Part shown: in pieces, positions 27,552 to 37,604 of the stretch | How positions within the stretch are numbered: position 1 is the stretch's first letter | How the letters are laid out: every line of letters begins with the position of its first letter | Assembly: GCA_963774265.1 (NCBI GenBank) | Contig: CAVZDU010000001.1 | Span: forward strand, 1,344,001 to 1,408,000 | Origin: an uncultured Chloroflexia bacterium | GTDB lineage: Bacteria > Chloroflexota > Anaerolineae > CG2-30-64-16 | DNA: 64,000 bases | Direction: 5' to 3' | Position numbers and translations under genes: made by a program | Notes under the pieces: model-generated | The model's input: only the letters and a program-made list of their open reading frames with translations | Databases searched by the model: none | Told to the model about the DNA's origin: nothing

Positions 27552-30371
27552 TCAGGCCTGGATTGGGCTCTGGTCGAACCAGTTCGGCCCGTATTCCATA
27601 TCGACTTTGAGGGGCGCGTCCAGGGTGTAAGCGCCTTCCATCGTTTCCTTGACGAGTGCTGCGACTCGGAGCAGTTCTTCCTCCGGGGTCTCCAACACCA
27701 GTTCGTCATGCACCTGGAGGGTCATGCGCGCTCGCAGCCCCTCCGTTATTAGCCGACCGTGCAAGGCGATCATCGCCATCTTAATGATGTCGGCCGCGGT
27801 CCCCTGGATCGGATGGTTTATGGCGGCACGCTCCGCGGCTTGCCGCAGGTTGTACGCCTGCGCCGACGAGGCTGTTGTCTTCAGCACCGGGAAGTAGCGT
27901 CGCCTGCCGAGCAGTGTCTCGACCCAGCCTTGCTCGCGCGCCAGTGCCTGCGTTTCTTCGATGTACCTCTTCACGCCGGGATAGGTCGAAAAATAGCGAT
28001 TCATGAAGTCGGCCGCTTCCCCGCGACTCAACCCGGTACGCTGCGCGAGACCGAAAGCCGTAACCCCGTATGATGTGGCAAAGTTCATCATCTTTGCGAC
28101 CGCGCGCTGCGTCTTGCTGACCTGGCTCAGCGGTACGCCGTATATCTTGGACGCCGCGCTGGCGTGGATGTCTTCGCCCCGTGCAAACGCAGCCAGCATG
28201 TACTCATCCCGGGTGATGTGCGCCAGGATGCGCAATTCCACCTGTGAATAGTCTGCCGAGAGCAGCACATGACCGGGCTTCGCAACGAACGCCTTGCGGA
28301 TTTCTCGCCCCACGTCCGAACGGATGGGGATGTTCTGCAAGTTTGGGTTGCTCGAACTCAGCCGCCCCGTTTCCGCGCCTGTTTGATTAAACGAGGTGTG
28401 CACCCGTCCGGTACGGGGATTCACCAATCCGGGGAGCGCATCTACGTATGTGCCCAGCAACTTGGTGAGTTGTCGCTGTTCCAGAATCAGGCTGATAATC
28501 TCGTGCCGGCCGCGCAGCCCTTCGAGTACGTCCGCAGCGGTGGAATAGGCGCCGGATTGCGTCTTTTTGAGCCCTTCTGTGGGTAGTCCCAGCTTTCCAA
28601 AGAGGATATCGGAAAGCTGCTGCGTCGAATTTACGTTGAAGGCCAAGCCGGCGATTTCCTGGATTTCGCGCTCCAGCTTGCGCACCCGGGCGGTCAGCTC
28701 AACCGACATCTGAAGCAGAAACCCGGTGTCAACCATGACGCCCGTACGTTCCATGTCGACCAGGACCGGAACCAGTGGCATCTCGACGTTGCGCAGAAGA
28801 TAATCCAGTCCCTTCTCGTGCACTTCAGGGAGCAGCACCTCGGCCAGCCGGAGCGTCATGGCTGCGTCTGCACCGGCATAGGCCCCTGCGGTGGCTGCAG
28901 GCACCTTGTCCATGGTGATTTGCGCCTTGCCCACACCGATCAGGTCCGTAATGCGCGTCATCTCGGTTTTGAGTCGCGTCCAGACCAGGTCCTTCAACCC
29001 CAGCCCGCGCAGCCCGGGATCGATCAGCCAAGCCGCGATCATCGTGTCGACCAGCGGGCCCTTCACTGGGAGCTCGTAGCGGTCCAGCATCCCGATATCG
29101 TAGCTTGCGTTGTGTGCGATCTTCTCGATGTCGGGATTGCCAAAGGAAGGCATCAGCGCAGACCGGGCGGTCTCCCACGACAGGCCGGCCGTGTCGGAGT
29201 GCCCCAATGGGATATACGCGGACTGATCCAGACCAGGCCCCCACGCGACGGCAACGCCGACCAGTTCTGCAGCATAGGGATCTGTGCCGGTGGTTTCTGT
29301 GTCGAACGCGACTTGCGCTGCGGCGCTTAAGTGCTGGGCCACTTCAGCGAGGGTAGATCTTGTGGTGACCAGCAGCGGCGTCGGTCCGGCCGGCGCCGGC
29401 AAATCGGCTGCGCCCGGCGCGTGGATCCCCGCAGGCAGACGTTCCTCTGCAAAGAGAGTCATCTGGCCGCCTTCTTGTTCGGCCTGGCCTGTGGAAGGCG
29501 CCCGGCCTTCCATCGGGGGAAGGCTTCCGGCCAAGGCTCGAAAAGCCAGCTCTTGGAACAGTGCGACGGCCCTCTGACGATCGTATTGTCGTGTGCGGCA
29601 CGCCTCAAGATCCAACCTGGTCGGCACGTCCGAGATGATTTGCCCCAGCCTGCGGCTGAGTTCCGCGTCAGCCCGTCCCGTCTTCAGCGCGGTCTGCACC
29701 CGGTTGGGCGTCACCTGGTCGATGTTCTCGTAGATGGCGTCGAGCGTCCCGTACCGCTGGAGCAGATATGCTGCACCCTTCTCCCCGATCCCTTTGACGC
29801 CGGGGATGTTGTCCGACTTGTCGCCGAGCAAGGCCTTGTAGTCGACCAGCTGAGCGGGCTCCAAACCATATTTGGTTTTGACCGACTCAGGGGTGTAGAG
29901 AATGGTGTCAGAGAAGAAGCGGCCCGACGTGAGAACGTGGATGTGATCATCCACCACCTGGAGGATGTCGCGGTCACCGGTGACGATCAGCGTATCGACG
30001 CCTTGGGCTTCGGCCTGCCTGGCGAGAGTGGCCAGGATGTCGTCGGCCTCAAAACCCTCTTGTGTAAAGATGGGGATGTTCAGGGCTGCCACGACTTCCT
30101 TAATGCGCTCCACCTGTGTGTGAAGCTCGTCGGGGGTGCGTTCGCGGTGGCCCTTGTACGCGTCGTACATGTCGTGGCGGAACGTCCTGCCCACATCGAA
30201 CGCCACCGCTACGTATTCCGGCTGCTGATCGCGCAGGACTTTGAGCAGCATCGAGGTGAAGCCGAACACCGCGTTGGTCAGCTCGCCCGTGGGCGCGCTC
30301 ATGTCGGGCGGCAGCGCGTGAAACGCCCGAAAAGCCAGGCTGTGTCCGTCGATCAGGACTAGCTTCGACAT
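27552..30371 (-). CDS. polA: DNA polymerase I (5'-3' exo, 3'-5' exo, polymerase)
   Basis: LIDGHSLAFRAF, EADD, FDTETTG, TGRLSSSNPNLQNIP, ADYSQVELR, QVHDE. Confidence 0.98.
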   Translation of the reverse strand: MSKLVLIDGHSLAFRAFHALPPDMSAPTGELTNAVFGFTSMLLKVLRDQQPEYVAVAFDVGRTFRHDMYDAYKGHRERTPDELHTQVERIKEVVAALNIPIFTQEGFEADDILATLARQAEAQGVDTLIVTGDRDILQVVDDHIHVLTSGRFFSDTILYTPESVKTKYGLEPAQLVDYKALLGDKSDNIPGVKGIGEKGAAYLLQRYGTLDAIYENIDQVTPNRVQTALKTGRADAELSRRLGQIISDVPTRLDLEACRTRQYDRQRAVALFQELAFRALAGSLPPMEGRAPSTGQAEQEGGQMTLFAEERLPAGIHAPGAADLPAPAGPTPLLVTTRSTLAEVAQHLSAAAQVAFDTETTGTDPYAAELVGVAVAWGPGLDQSAYIPLGHSDTAGLSWETARSALMPSFGNPDIEKIAHNASYDIGMLDRYELPVKGPLVDTMIAAWLIDPGLRGLGLKDLVWTRLKTEMTRITDLIGVGKAQITMDKVPAATAGAYAGADAAMTLRLAEVLLPEVHEKGLDYLLRNVEMPLVPVLVDMERTGVMVDTGFLLQMSVELTARVRKLEREIQEIAGLAFNVNSTQQLSDILFGKLGLPTEGLKKTQSGAYSTAADVLEGLRGRHEIISLILEQRQLTKLLGTYVDALPGLVNPRTGRVHTSFNQTGAETGRLSSSNPNLQNIPIRSDVGREIRKAFVAKPGHVLLSADYSQVELRILAHITRDEYMLAAFARGEDIHASAASKIYGVPLSQVSKTQRAVAKMMNFATSYGVTAFGLAQRTGLSRGEAADFMNRYFSTYPGVKRYIEETQALAREQGWVETLLGRRRYFPVLKTTASSAQAYNLRQAAERAAINHPIQGTAADIIKMAMIALHGRLITEGLRARMTLQVHDELVLETPEEELLRVAALVKETMEGAYTLDAPLKVDMEYGPNWFDQSPIQA

Positions 30372-30375
30372 CTGC

Positions 30376-30621
30376 TTACCTGGGGTCTGGCTTGCGGTAT
30401 TGGCCCTTGCGGGCCTTGAACGGCTGGATCTTCAGCTTGCCTGCGATGATTAATGCGTTTACGTGGTGATGCTCCAGCACGCAGTCAGTGATGCGAATCG
30501 TCCGTCCAGCATCGAGGCGCAGCGGGCCGCTGTCGAGATTCAACAGGAAATTCTCACCAGTGACGTTGGTGATTTCGATGATCTCTTTGTTTTTCCAGGT
30601 GATCGGAAGATTGTCAGACAT
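30376..30621 (-). CDS. Hypothetical protein, first gene of the polA-argS operon
   Basis: 81-aa ORF with GGAG RBS, ending 4 nt before polA, downstream of a clear promoter. Confidence 0.65.
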   Translation of the reverse strand: MSDNLPITWKNKEIIEITNVTGENFLLNLDSGPLRLDAGRTIRITDCVLEHHHVNALIIAGKLKIQPFKARKGQYRKPDPR

Positions 30622-30654
30622 TGAAACGTCTCCGCAGTATAAGGCAGTTGGATC

Positions 30655-30683
30655 ATTCTACCCTCGGAGGGCTGATTAGTCAA
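30655..30683 (-). promoter_or_regulatory. sigma70 promoter of the hypothetical-polA operon
   Basis: TTGACT-17 bp-TAGAAT on the minus strand. Confidence 0.75.
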
Positions 30684-30719
30684 CGCGCCGCACATTTGGG
30701 GAAGTGTGCGGCGCGTTGA
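30680..30719 (-). terminator. Hairpin ending the GH130 operon
   Basis: tcaacgcgccgcaca ... tgtgcggcgcgttga perfect 15-bp arms. Confidence 0.65.
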
Positions 30720-30761
30720 GCGGGTGCAGCAGGGATGCCGTGACCACCGGCAGGGAGAATC

Positions 30762-31745
30762 CTAGACAGTGTTCTCTCGGATGAAGTCGATCAGGTCATC
30801 GCACCTCGCATATGCAAGACAGGTGACCGTATCCGCGCCTCCATAGTAGATCGCGATGCGCCCAGTGGGCGGGTCATAGAGCGCGGCGCAAGGGAATGTC
30901 ACATTGGGGACGTCGCCGGCGCATTCGTAAATCTCCCTTGGGTTGAGCAGGTAAGGGCGTGTGCGGCAGATGACTTTCCAGGGTGCATCAAGGTCCAGAA
31001 GCGCGGCGCCGAAGCTGTAGACGAAGCCATTGCACGACGTGAGCACGCCGTGGTAGATCAACAGCCACCCTTCGGAGGTCTCAATGGGCGTGGGGCCGGC
31101 CCCGATCTTGGTGGCCTGCCAGCCGCCGGTGGGCGCCATCACGTGGCGATGATGCCCCCAATGCACCAGGTCCGGACTTTCGCTGTAGAAGATGTCGCCA
31201 AACTGCGTGTGACCCGTGTCGCTGGGCCGGCTGAGCATCGCGTACCTGCCGCGCACGCGGCGTGGAAAGAGGACGCCATTTCGGTTGTAGGGCAGGAATG
31301 CATTCTCCATTTGGTGGAACGTCTTGAAATCATAGGTATAGCCAACGCCGATGGTGGGCCCGTGGTAGCCGTTGCACCAGGTGACGTAGTAGCGGTCTTC
31401 CAGCCAGCAGACGCGCGGATCATACCCGTAATCGAAGCGGCCGATCTCCTCATCTTCGGATCTGAACCGAATTCGATCCGCTTCGATCGTCCAGTGAATC
31501 CCATCGGGGCTGACGCCCGCGTGTAGCTGCATATCTCGTGCTGTGTTGTCACACCGAAACACGCCCGCAAACTCGCCCCCAAACGGGACGACCGCACTGT
31601 TGAAGATGCTGTTGATGTTCGGCACGGCAGCGCGCGTGATGATGGGATTCCAGCCTGAGCGCCACACGATTTCATTGCAGCCCTCCTGGCGCTCCTCCCA
31701 GGGGATGTTGGGCAGCGCGGACCCGATCAGCTCTATCCTGGCCAT
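30762..31745 (-). CDS. GH130 beta-1,4-mannoside phosphorylase (GH130_2-like)
   Basis: IPWEER, NSIFNSAVVPF, YDPRV, WCNGYHGPT, NRNGVLFPR, SRPSD.GHT, KIGAG, GDVPNV.FP. Confidence 0.92.
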   Translation of the reverse strand: MARIELIGSALPNIPWEERQEGCNEIVWRSGWNPIITRAAVPNINSIFNSAVVPFGGEFAGVFRCDNTARDMQLHAGVSPDGIHWTIEADRIRFRSEDEEIGRFDYGYDPRVCWLEDRYYVTWCNGYHGPTIGVGYTYDFKTFHQMENAFLPYNRNGVLFPRRVRGRYAMLSRPSDTGHTQFGDIFYSESPDLVHWGHHRHVMAPTGGWQATKIGAGPTPIETSEGWLLIYHGVLTSCNGFVYSFGAALLDLDAPWKVICRTRPYLLNPREIYECAGDVPNVTFPCAALYDPPTGRIAIYYGGADTVTCLAYARCDDLIDFIRENTV

Positions 31746-31825
31746 CGGATAACCTCTTCAACGGAGTGATGTTGATTAAGATAAGGATGGGACGAAAGCC
31801 CGATCAGGCTTGCGTCCCGGTAACG

Positions 31826-34126
31826 TTATTTGGCCTGGCCGTGAACCTGCGCCAGCAGCCCGTCTACAAAATCCTCGGGGTGCATGGGCACGCTTTGTTG
31901 CCACATCAGCACGCTCACCAGCGGCATGTCGCCCATCATATCCATGAAGTCCATGCCGATGGTGTTTTCGTCGCCATCGGCGCCGCCGGACATCTTGCGG
32001 CTGTGTTCTTCCACCTGGGGGTAGAAGGGCCCGAAGGCGGCTTTCCCCCGCGGGTCAGCCATCCACTCGCGGATGGTGGATTCCCTGTCGAGAATGCAGG
32101 GCAGGTTCAGGGTCGATTCGAGGGTCACCGCCAGGGTGTGGTGAATATGGGCGGCGGAGGACGCGATCAGGATGTCGAAATCGCCATCCTCGGTGATCCA
32201 TTGCTTGTATTCGGGGTGATAGTAGGCAAAGGCCCGAAAGTCCAGCTTGATAGCGACCGATTTGGTCTCACCCGGCTGGAGTGCCACCTTCGCGAAACCT
32301 TTCAGCTCCTTTTCGGGCCGCACCAGACCCCATGCCCGGTCGTGGACGTACACCTGGACGATCTCCTTGCCCGCCATGTGTCCCGAGTTGGTGACATCCA
32401 CCGTCACGGTCAGCCCGTCTACATCCCGGAAGGTCTTCGCTGACACTTCAGCATTGCTGTAGGCGAAAGTGGTGTAGCTCAAGCCATGGCCAAAGGGGAA
32501 GAGCACCGGCAGCTCCTTGGCGTCGTAATAGCGGTAGCCGATGAACAGCCCTTCGCCATACCGCACCTTGCCTGCGCCGCCTGGCCAGTTGAGATGCGCC
32601 GGGGTGTCGGAGAGCTTGAGCGGGAAGGTCTCGGCCAGCTTGCCGCAGGGGTTGACCTGGCCAAAGAGGACGTCGGCCAGCGCCGCGCCGCCCGCCTGAC
32701 CCATCATCCAGCCCTCGAGGACGGCCGGGACCGCGTCGATCCAGGCGCTCATTGCCACCGGCGCGCCGTTATTGAGCACCACTACTGTCTTGGGCTGGGC
32801 TTTTGCCACCGCCTGGATCAACGCCACCTGCTGCACGGTCAAATCGAGGTCGGTGCGATCGTAGCCTTCGGATTCTTTGTAGGTGGGCAGCGCAATGTAG
32901 AGCAGCGCAACGTCCGCCGATCGCGCCAGCCCCACGGCCTGGTCGATCAAATCCTGGCGGAAGGAGTCGTCCGCGGGATAGCCTTCGGCGTAGGTCAGTT
33001 CGGCGTTAGTGGCGCGAGACTGAAGCTCCTGGAACGGCACGTCCACTCTGGTCGGGTTGATGTGCGAACTGCCGCCGCCCTGGAAGTGAGCGGCTTCGGC
33101 GGAACGACCGATGACGGCGATCTGCTGGTGGCCTTTCAGGGGCAGCAAGGGCCCCTGCTGCGACAGGGGGGCATTCTTGAGCAAAACCATGCCTTCAGCG
33201 GCGATCTTGCGCGCAAGTCTGTGATGTGCGTTCACGTCGAAGGCGCCGCCCTTAGGGGTCTCCCGGGCCTTGAACACAATCCGCAGAATACGGCGGACCG
33301 ATTCATCCAGGATCGCCTCAGCCAATTCGCCGGAGCGCACCGCTTCGACGACGGCCTTGACGCGCCGGTCCTGCGGGCCGGGCATTTCCCAATCCAGGCC
33401 GCCTCGGAGCGCGGCCACGCGGTCGCGCACGGCGCCCCAGTCGGAGACCACCAACCCCTCGAAGCCCCATTCATCCTTGAGGATCTCGGTCAGCAGGGTG
33501 TGATGCTCGGAAGCGAAGACGCCGTTCACCTTGTTATAAGAGCACATCACCGTCCAGGGTTGGGCCTCCTTGACGGCCTTCTCGAAGGCGGGCAGGTAGA
33601 TTTCGCGCAGGGTGCGTTCGTCCACCTCGGCGCTGATGCTGAAGCGCTGAAACTCCTGGTTGTTGGCGGCGTAGTGCTTGAGCGAGGTGCCCACCCCTTT
33701 CGATTGAACGCCGTTGATGAAGTTGACCGCCAACTCTCCGGCCAGGTAGGGATCCTCGGAGAAATATTCGAAGTTGCGGCCCCCCAGCGGCGAGCGCTTC
33801 ATGTTGGCGCCAGGGCCAAGCAGGACGTCCACATGCAGGGCGATGGCTTCTTCCGCCAGCGCCGCGCCCAGTTCGCGCATCAACTCCACGTCCCAGGTGG
33901 ACGCGCTGCAGGAGGCCGTTGGGAAACAGGTGGCGGGCAAGCTTTGCTGGGTCATCGCGTGAATATCGGGTACGCGTCGGATGCCGTGCGGGCCATCCGA
34001 AACGATCATCTCGGGCACGCCCAGGCGTTCCACCGGGGTGGTCGACCACGCGCTGGCGCCGGTACACAGGGCGGCTTTTTCTTCGAGCGTCATGCTCGCA
34101 ATGATGGATTGAATATCAGTGTTCAT
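31826..34126 (-). CDS. GH3 beta-glucosidase with FnIII domain
   Basis: SDGPHG, GRNFEYFSEDP, KHYAANNQE, VSDWG nucleophile, PFGHGLSYT, ELKGF. Confidence 0.93.
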   Translation of the reverse strand: MNTDIQSIIASMTLEEKAALCTGASAWSTTPVERLGVPEMIVSDGPHGIRRVPDIHAMTQQSLPATCFPTASCSASTWDVELMRELGAALAEEAIALHVDVLLGPGANMKRSPLGGRNFEYFSEDPYLAGELAVNFINGVQSKGVGTSLKHYAANNQEFQRFSISAEVDERTLREIYLPAFEKAVKEAQPWTVMCSYNKVNGVFASEHHTLLTEILKDEWGFEGLVVSDWGAVRDRVAALRGGLDWEMPGPQDRRVKAVVEAVRSGELAEAILDESVRRILRIVFKARETPKGGAFDVNAHHRLARKIAAEGMVLLKNAPLSQQGPLLPLKGHQQIAVIGRSAEAAHFQGGGSSHINPTRVDVPFQELQSRATNAELTYAEGYPADDSFRQDLIDQAVGLARSADVALLYIALPTYKESEGYDRTDLDLTVQQVALIQAVAKAQPKTVVVLNNGAPVAMSAWIDAVPAVLEGWMMGQAGGAALADVLFGQVNPCGKLAETFPLKLSDTPAHLNWPGGAGKVRYGEGLFIGYRYYDAKELPVLFPFGHGLSYTTFAYSNAEVSAKTFRDVDGLTVTVDVTNSGHMAGKEIVQVYVHDRAWGLVRPEKELKGFAKVALQPGETKSVAIKLDFRAFAYYHPEYKQWITEDGDFDILIASSAAHIHHTLAVTLESTLNLPCILDRESTIREWMADPRGKAAFGPFYPQVEEHSRKMSGGADGDENTIGMDFMDMMGDMPLVSVLMWQQSVPMHPEDFVDGLLAQVHGQAK

Positions 34127-34149
34127 GTCATTCCTTTTGTTGAGCCATT

Positions 34150-36672
34150 TCACCTGGAATATGTGTTGTAGACAGAGCGTACCTTGAGGGCTGCCCGGGC
34201 CGTAGCCAAATCCCATCCCGCCGGCAGGGAAGCCGTGAGACTGATGACTTTCTGGGCCGGCAGATCGAAATAGTTGTCACTGAAGATCACACCGCCTTCG
34301 GCGGGTGCGCCGGTCAGACTGCATTCCACAAGGCGGGCCAGTGAACGCGCCGACAGCTCGATGGCAAGCCGGCCCTCCTGCAGCGTCACATCGGCATTGA
34401 TCTGCGGATCGACCAGTGACAGGTGTTTGGTGGGGACAAAGAAAGCGGTCTGAGCGGCCAGCGGGCCGGCGGCGAGGGGACCGTTGGCCAGGCGCCGGTC
34501 TCCCTGCCATAACTCGGCCACAAACACCAGTTCCCGGCGGGTACCATCATCCAGGAATGGGGAAAAATCGAGCTTTTCGACAGCCGTCACGCCCAATGGT
34601 TCCACGTGCGCGGCTTTCTCGCCTGAGGCCAACATCTTGCCGTCCAGAGTCGTCAGGGCCCAATGCACTGAACCCTGCCATTCTTCGAGCAAGTCGCTGC
34701 TAAGGAAGATCGACTGACACGGAGGGGCGTCTTCAATCGAAAGCAGCAAAGGCGCATAGAAGCGGCGGGCGGCATAGTGCAAGGCTTTCCAGCGGCCAAA
34801 ATAGTCCAGGCTGGACCACGACGCGACCGGCCAGCAGTCGTTCAACTGCCAGTACAGCGTGCCCGATACGCGCCGGGTATGCCTGCGCCAGTGCTCCACC
34901 CCATAGCGAATCCCTTCGGCCTGCAAGACCATGCTGAGATACACCAGCGACTCGAAGTCCTTGGGCAGGCGGAAGGTGTCCAGCATCTGGCTCACCATCA
35001 GCGAGTTGCCGCTCGCATTCTTCTGGTGTTGCTCCATGATGTAGGAGGTTATGTTCCAGTCGGGTTCCGCCGCGTAGGTGCGGATGGTCTCCAAAGGCGG
35101 CAGAGCCTGGAAGCCAAACTCGCTCATGAAGCGGGGGTACTGGCTACGGTACGCCGTGAACGGCTTGCGCCCATGCCAGACATCCCAATAATGCGCATCG
35201 CCCTGAATCTGGCCGTTGGGAGTCTTGAATGGCGTATCTGAGGAAGGTGAGCTTGGCCAATAGGCATGGTCGGGGTCTTCAGCCGCGCACCATTCCAACA
35301 GCGTGTGGTGGAAGAAGAGGTCATAAGCGGCCTTCAAATCCTGTAACTCAGGCTTGTTCCAGTTCCACTCCGCCCACCCTTGCTCCATTTCGTTGTTACC
35401 GCACCACAAGGCCAGGCTGGCGCGGTGCCGCAGGCGTCGAATGTTTTCGACCACTTCGACGCGGACATTTTCAACGAAGTTGGGCTCATCGAACGGGTAT
35501 ATGCTGCACGAGAAGACAAAATCCTGCCAGACCAGGATGCCATAGCGGTCGCAAAGATCGTAGAAGCGTTCGTCTTCGTAAAAGCCGCCGCCCCACACGC
35601 GCAGCATGTTCTGGTGCGTCCGGGCAGCAGAACGGATCAGGCCCTCCAGGGCAGCCCCGGTCAGGCGCGTGGGGAAGGAATCAGCCGGAATCCAGTTGGA
35701 ACCTTTCGCGAAGAGCGGCTGGCCGTTGACCACAAAAGTGAACGAGCGCCCCCATTCGTCCGGCTCCTGCCGCAGCTCAATGGTGCGCAGACCCAGTTGA
35801 TAGGTCTTTTCGTCCAGGATCGCCCCAGCCCGGTTCAGTTGCACCTGAACACCATAGAGCGGTTGATCCCCCAACCCGTTCGGCCACCAAAGCTGCGGAT
35901 TTTCGATCTCTAGCGCGAGGCGGTTGTTGGTCGCGGACGTCAAGGCAGCGCGGATTGTGCGGGCCGCGCCGTCAGGCGCAGTCACCTGCAGAAGGGTCGA
36001 AAGCCCGGAGGTCCAGTTCTCCACCGCCAGGTGCGCCTCCACCCTGACGATGCCATTGACGTGAAACTGGCGCAGGTGGACTTCCAAAAGGCGGGCGGAA
36101 TCAAACGCCTCCAGGCGGATGTCTTTCCAGATGCCGACCGGCGGGAGCTGCGGCCCCCAATCCCAGCCGAATTGGCAGGGCGCCTTGCGAACGTGCGGGC
36201 CGCCCGCGATGGCCTGTGAAACACCAGGCAGGGCGCGGATAGCCTGTTTCTGGGTCACATGCCTCACGACGGACTCCAGATCGATCCGCAGCTCATTCCC
36301 TTCCGCCTTGAGCAGGGGCTTCACATCCCAGCGATACTGGCGGAACATGTTCGCCGCATGTCCCAGTTCGCGGCCATTCAGGCTGACGGTCGCCAGGGTA
36401 TCCAGCCCGTCGCAGACCAGCCAGATGTGCGGCTGGCGCAGAAGTTCGGGCGTGACGGAAAACTGATGGCGGTATTCCCAATCTGCTTCGGCCACCCACT
36501 GCACGCGACGCTCGTTATCGCCCACAAATGGGTCGGGGATGCGGCCCAGAGCCAGCAAGTCGGTATGCGCGCCGCCGGGGACGGTGGCGGGCAGCCACTC
36601 TTCTGCCCCAGGTTGGGGGGCGCCCGCCTGGCGAAACTGCCAGGCGCCCGTCAAAGATTGCATGCGTATCAT
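34150..36672 (-). CDS. GH2 beta-mannosidase
   Basis: WDWGP, KGSNWIP, RVWGGG, WQDF, WCGNNE, SEFG, YWQLNDCWP. Confidence 0.93.
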   Translation of the reverse strand: MIRMQSLTGAWQFRQAGAPQPGAEEWLPATVPGGAHTDLLALGRIPDPFVGDNERRVQWVAEADWEYRHQFSVTPELLRQPHIWLVCDGLDTLATVSLNGRELGHAANMFRQYRWDVKPLLKAEGNELRIDLESVVRHVTQKQAIRALPGVSQAIAGGPHVRKAPCQFGWDWGPQLPPVGIWKDIRLEAFDSARLLEVHLRQFHVNGIVRVEAHLAVENWTSGLSTLLQVTAPDGAARTIRAALTSATNNRLALEIENPQLWWPNGLGDQPLYGVQVQLNRAGAILDEKTYQLGLRTIELRQEPDEWGRSFTFVVNGQPLFAKGSNWIPADSFPTRLTGAALEGLIRSAARTHQNMLRVWGGGFYEDERFYDLCDRYGILVWQDFVFSCSIYPFDEPNFVENVRVEVVENIRRLRHRASLALWCGNNEMEQGWAEWNWNKPELQDLKAAYDLFFHHTLLEWCAAEDPDHAYWPSSPSSDTPFKTPNGQIQGDAHYWDVWHGRKPFTAYRSQYPRFMSEFGFQALPPLETIRTYAAEPDWNITSYIMEQHQKNASGNSLMVSQMLDTFRLPKDFESLVYLSMVLQAEGIRYGVEHWRRHTRRVSGTLYWQLNDCWPVASWSSLDYFGRWKALHYAARRFYAPLLLSIEDAPPCQSIFLSSDLLEEWQGSVHWALTTLDGKMLASGEKAAHVEPLGVTAVEKLDFSPFLDDGTRRELVFVAELWQGDRRLANGPLAAGPLAAQTAFFVPTKHLSLVDPQINADVTLQEGRLAIELSARSLARLVECSLTGAPAEGGVIFSDNYFDLPAQKVISLTASLPAGWDLATARAALKVRSVYNTYSR

Positions 36673-36688
36673 GTGTTTTCCTGTGAAC

Positions 36689-37516
36689 TCACTTTTCTTT
36701 CCAAACAGCCTGTAAGGCTCGATAGTCCAGGAGTATGATACCTTCTGCTCGGACGATATCTTTTGTCTGTTGAGACGTCAGGAAGTCGTAATCCGCCTGG
36801 CGGATACGAATGCCGCCAGGCTCGATCGCCAACAGTTCAGGAGTGTCGAGGCCCGGGTGCACCGCCCACTCGCTCAAACCAGCAGGTAGCTCGTGTAGAA
36901 GTTGTGCATAACGGGCGGCCTTATTGACCGGGTCAAGGAGGTAGCTGTCCAGAACGTCGTAATCGTCGGTGGGGAACCCTTGGTTTTGCAGCTTTTCGAT
37001 GGAGGATCGGCTGGAAACCCGGAGCGCCAGCCCGTACTCTCGTGCTAGCCTGAACAGCACATCGAAAATATCCTCTCGACCGCTAATCCGCAGCGAGTGC
37101 CAGTCAAGGTGCGTCGGGTGCAGCCCCGCAGCCAGCACCACTTCGATCTGCGCCCGGAGTTCCATCTCCAATTGGTCCAGCCTGACCTGCGCCAGGAATT
37201 CACCCATGTGCTCAAAGTCGTAGAAGTACCCCGCATCGTCGTGCAGGGATGGGACCTTTTTTCTGGCGGTCACTGGTCTCCAACGGTTATCCGCCGAATC
37301 AGAGATGGCGGTGAGGTGAATGCCAAAGGGTATCTCGGGGTGGTCAGCGAGGAAATGTGCAGCGTGCAACCTCCAGGGACAGGGGACCATCAAGCTCGTC
37401 GAGCGGATGATGCCCTCCTTCAACGCACCCACGATAGCTTCATTCACCGCATGGCACATTCCGAAATCATCCGCGTTGATAATCAGTAGACGAGCATCAT
37501 CCGGATACCCTAGCAA
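36689..37516 (-). CDS. YdjC/ChbG family carbohydrate deacetylase
   Basis: IINADDFG, STSLM, GIHL, THLDWH, EWAVHPG; true start may be an ATA at 37543. Confidence 0.85.
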   Translation of the reverse strand: MLGYPDDARLLIINADDFGMCHAVNEAIVGALKEGIIRSTSLMVPCPWRLHAAHFLADHPEIPFGIHLTAISDSADNRWRPVTARKKVPSLHDDAGYFYDFEHMGEFLAQVRLDQLEMELRAQIEVVLAAGLHPTHLDWHSLRISGREDIFDVLFRLAREYGLALRVSSRSSIEKLQNQGFPTDDYDVLDSYLLDPVNKAARYAQLLHELPAGLSEWAVHPGLDTPELLAIEPGGIRIRQADYDFLTSQQTKDIVRAEGIILLDYRALQAVWKEK

Positions 37517-37604
37517 CCGGTTTGTTTGGCTATTGGGTGTTATGTTCGTCCCCCTGTCTAGCTTTCCTTAAATTTCGCTCGAACCCGAAATCAAGAGATA
37601 TGGA

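Noticed and set aside
32486-34171. 561-aa plus-strand ORF opposite GH3 (likewise 9162-10121 and 29331-30362)
   Set aside because: Antisense shadows of real genes with no recognisable domains
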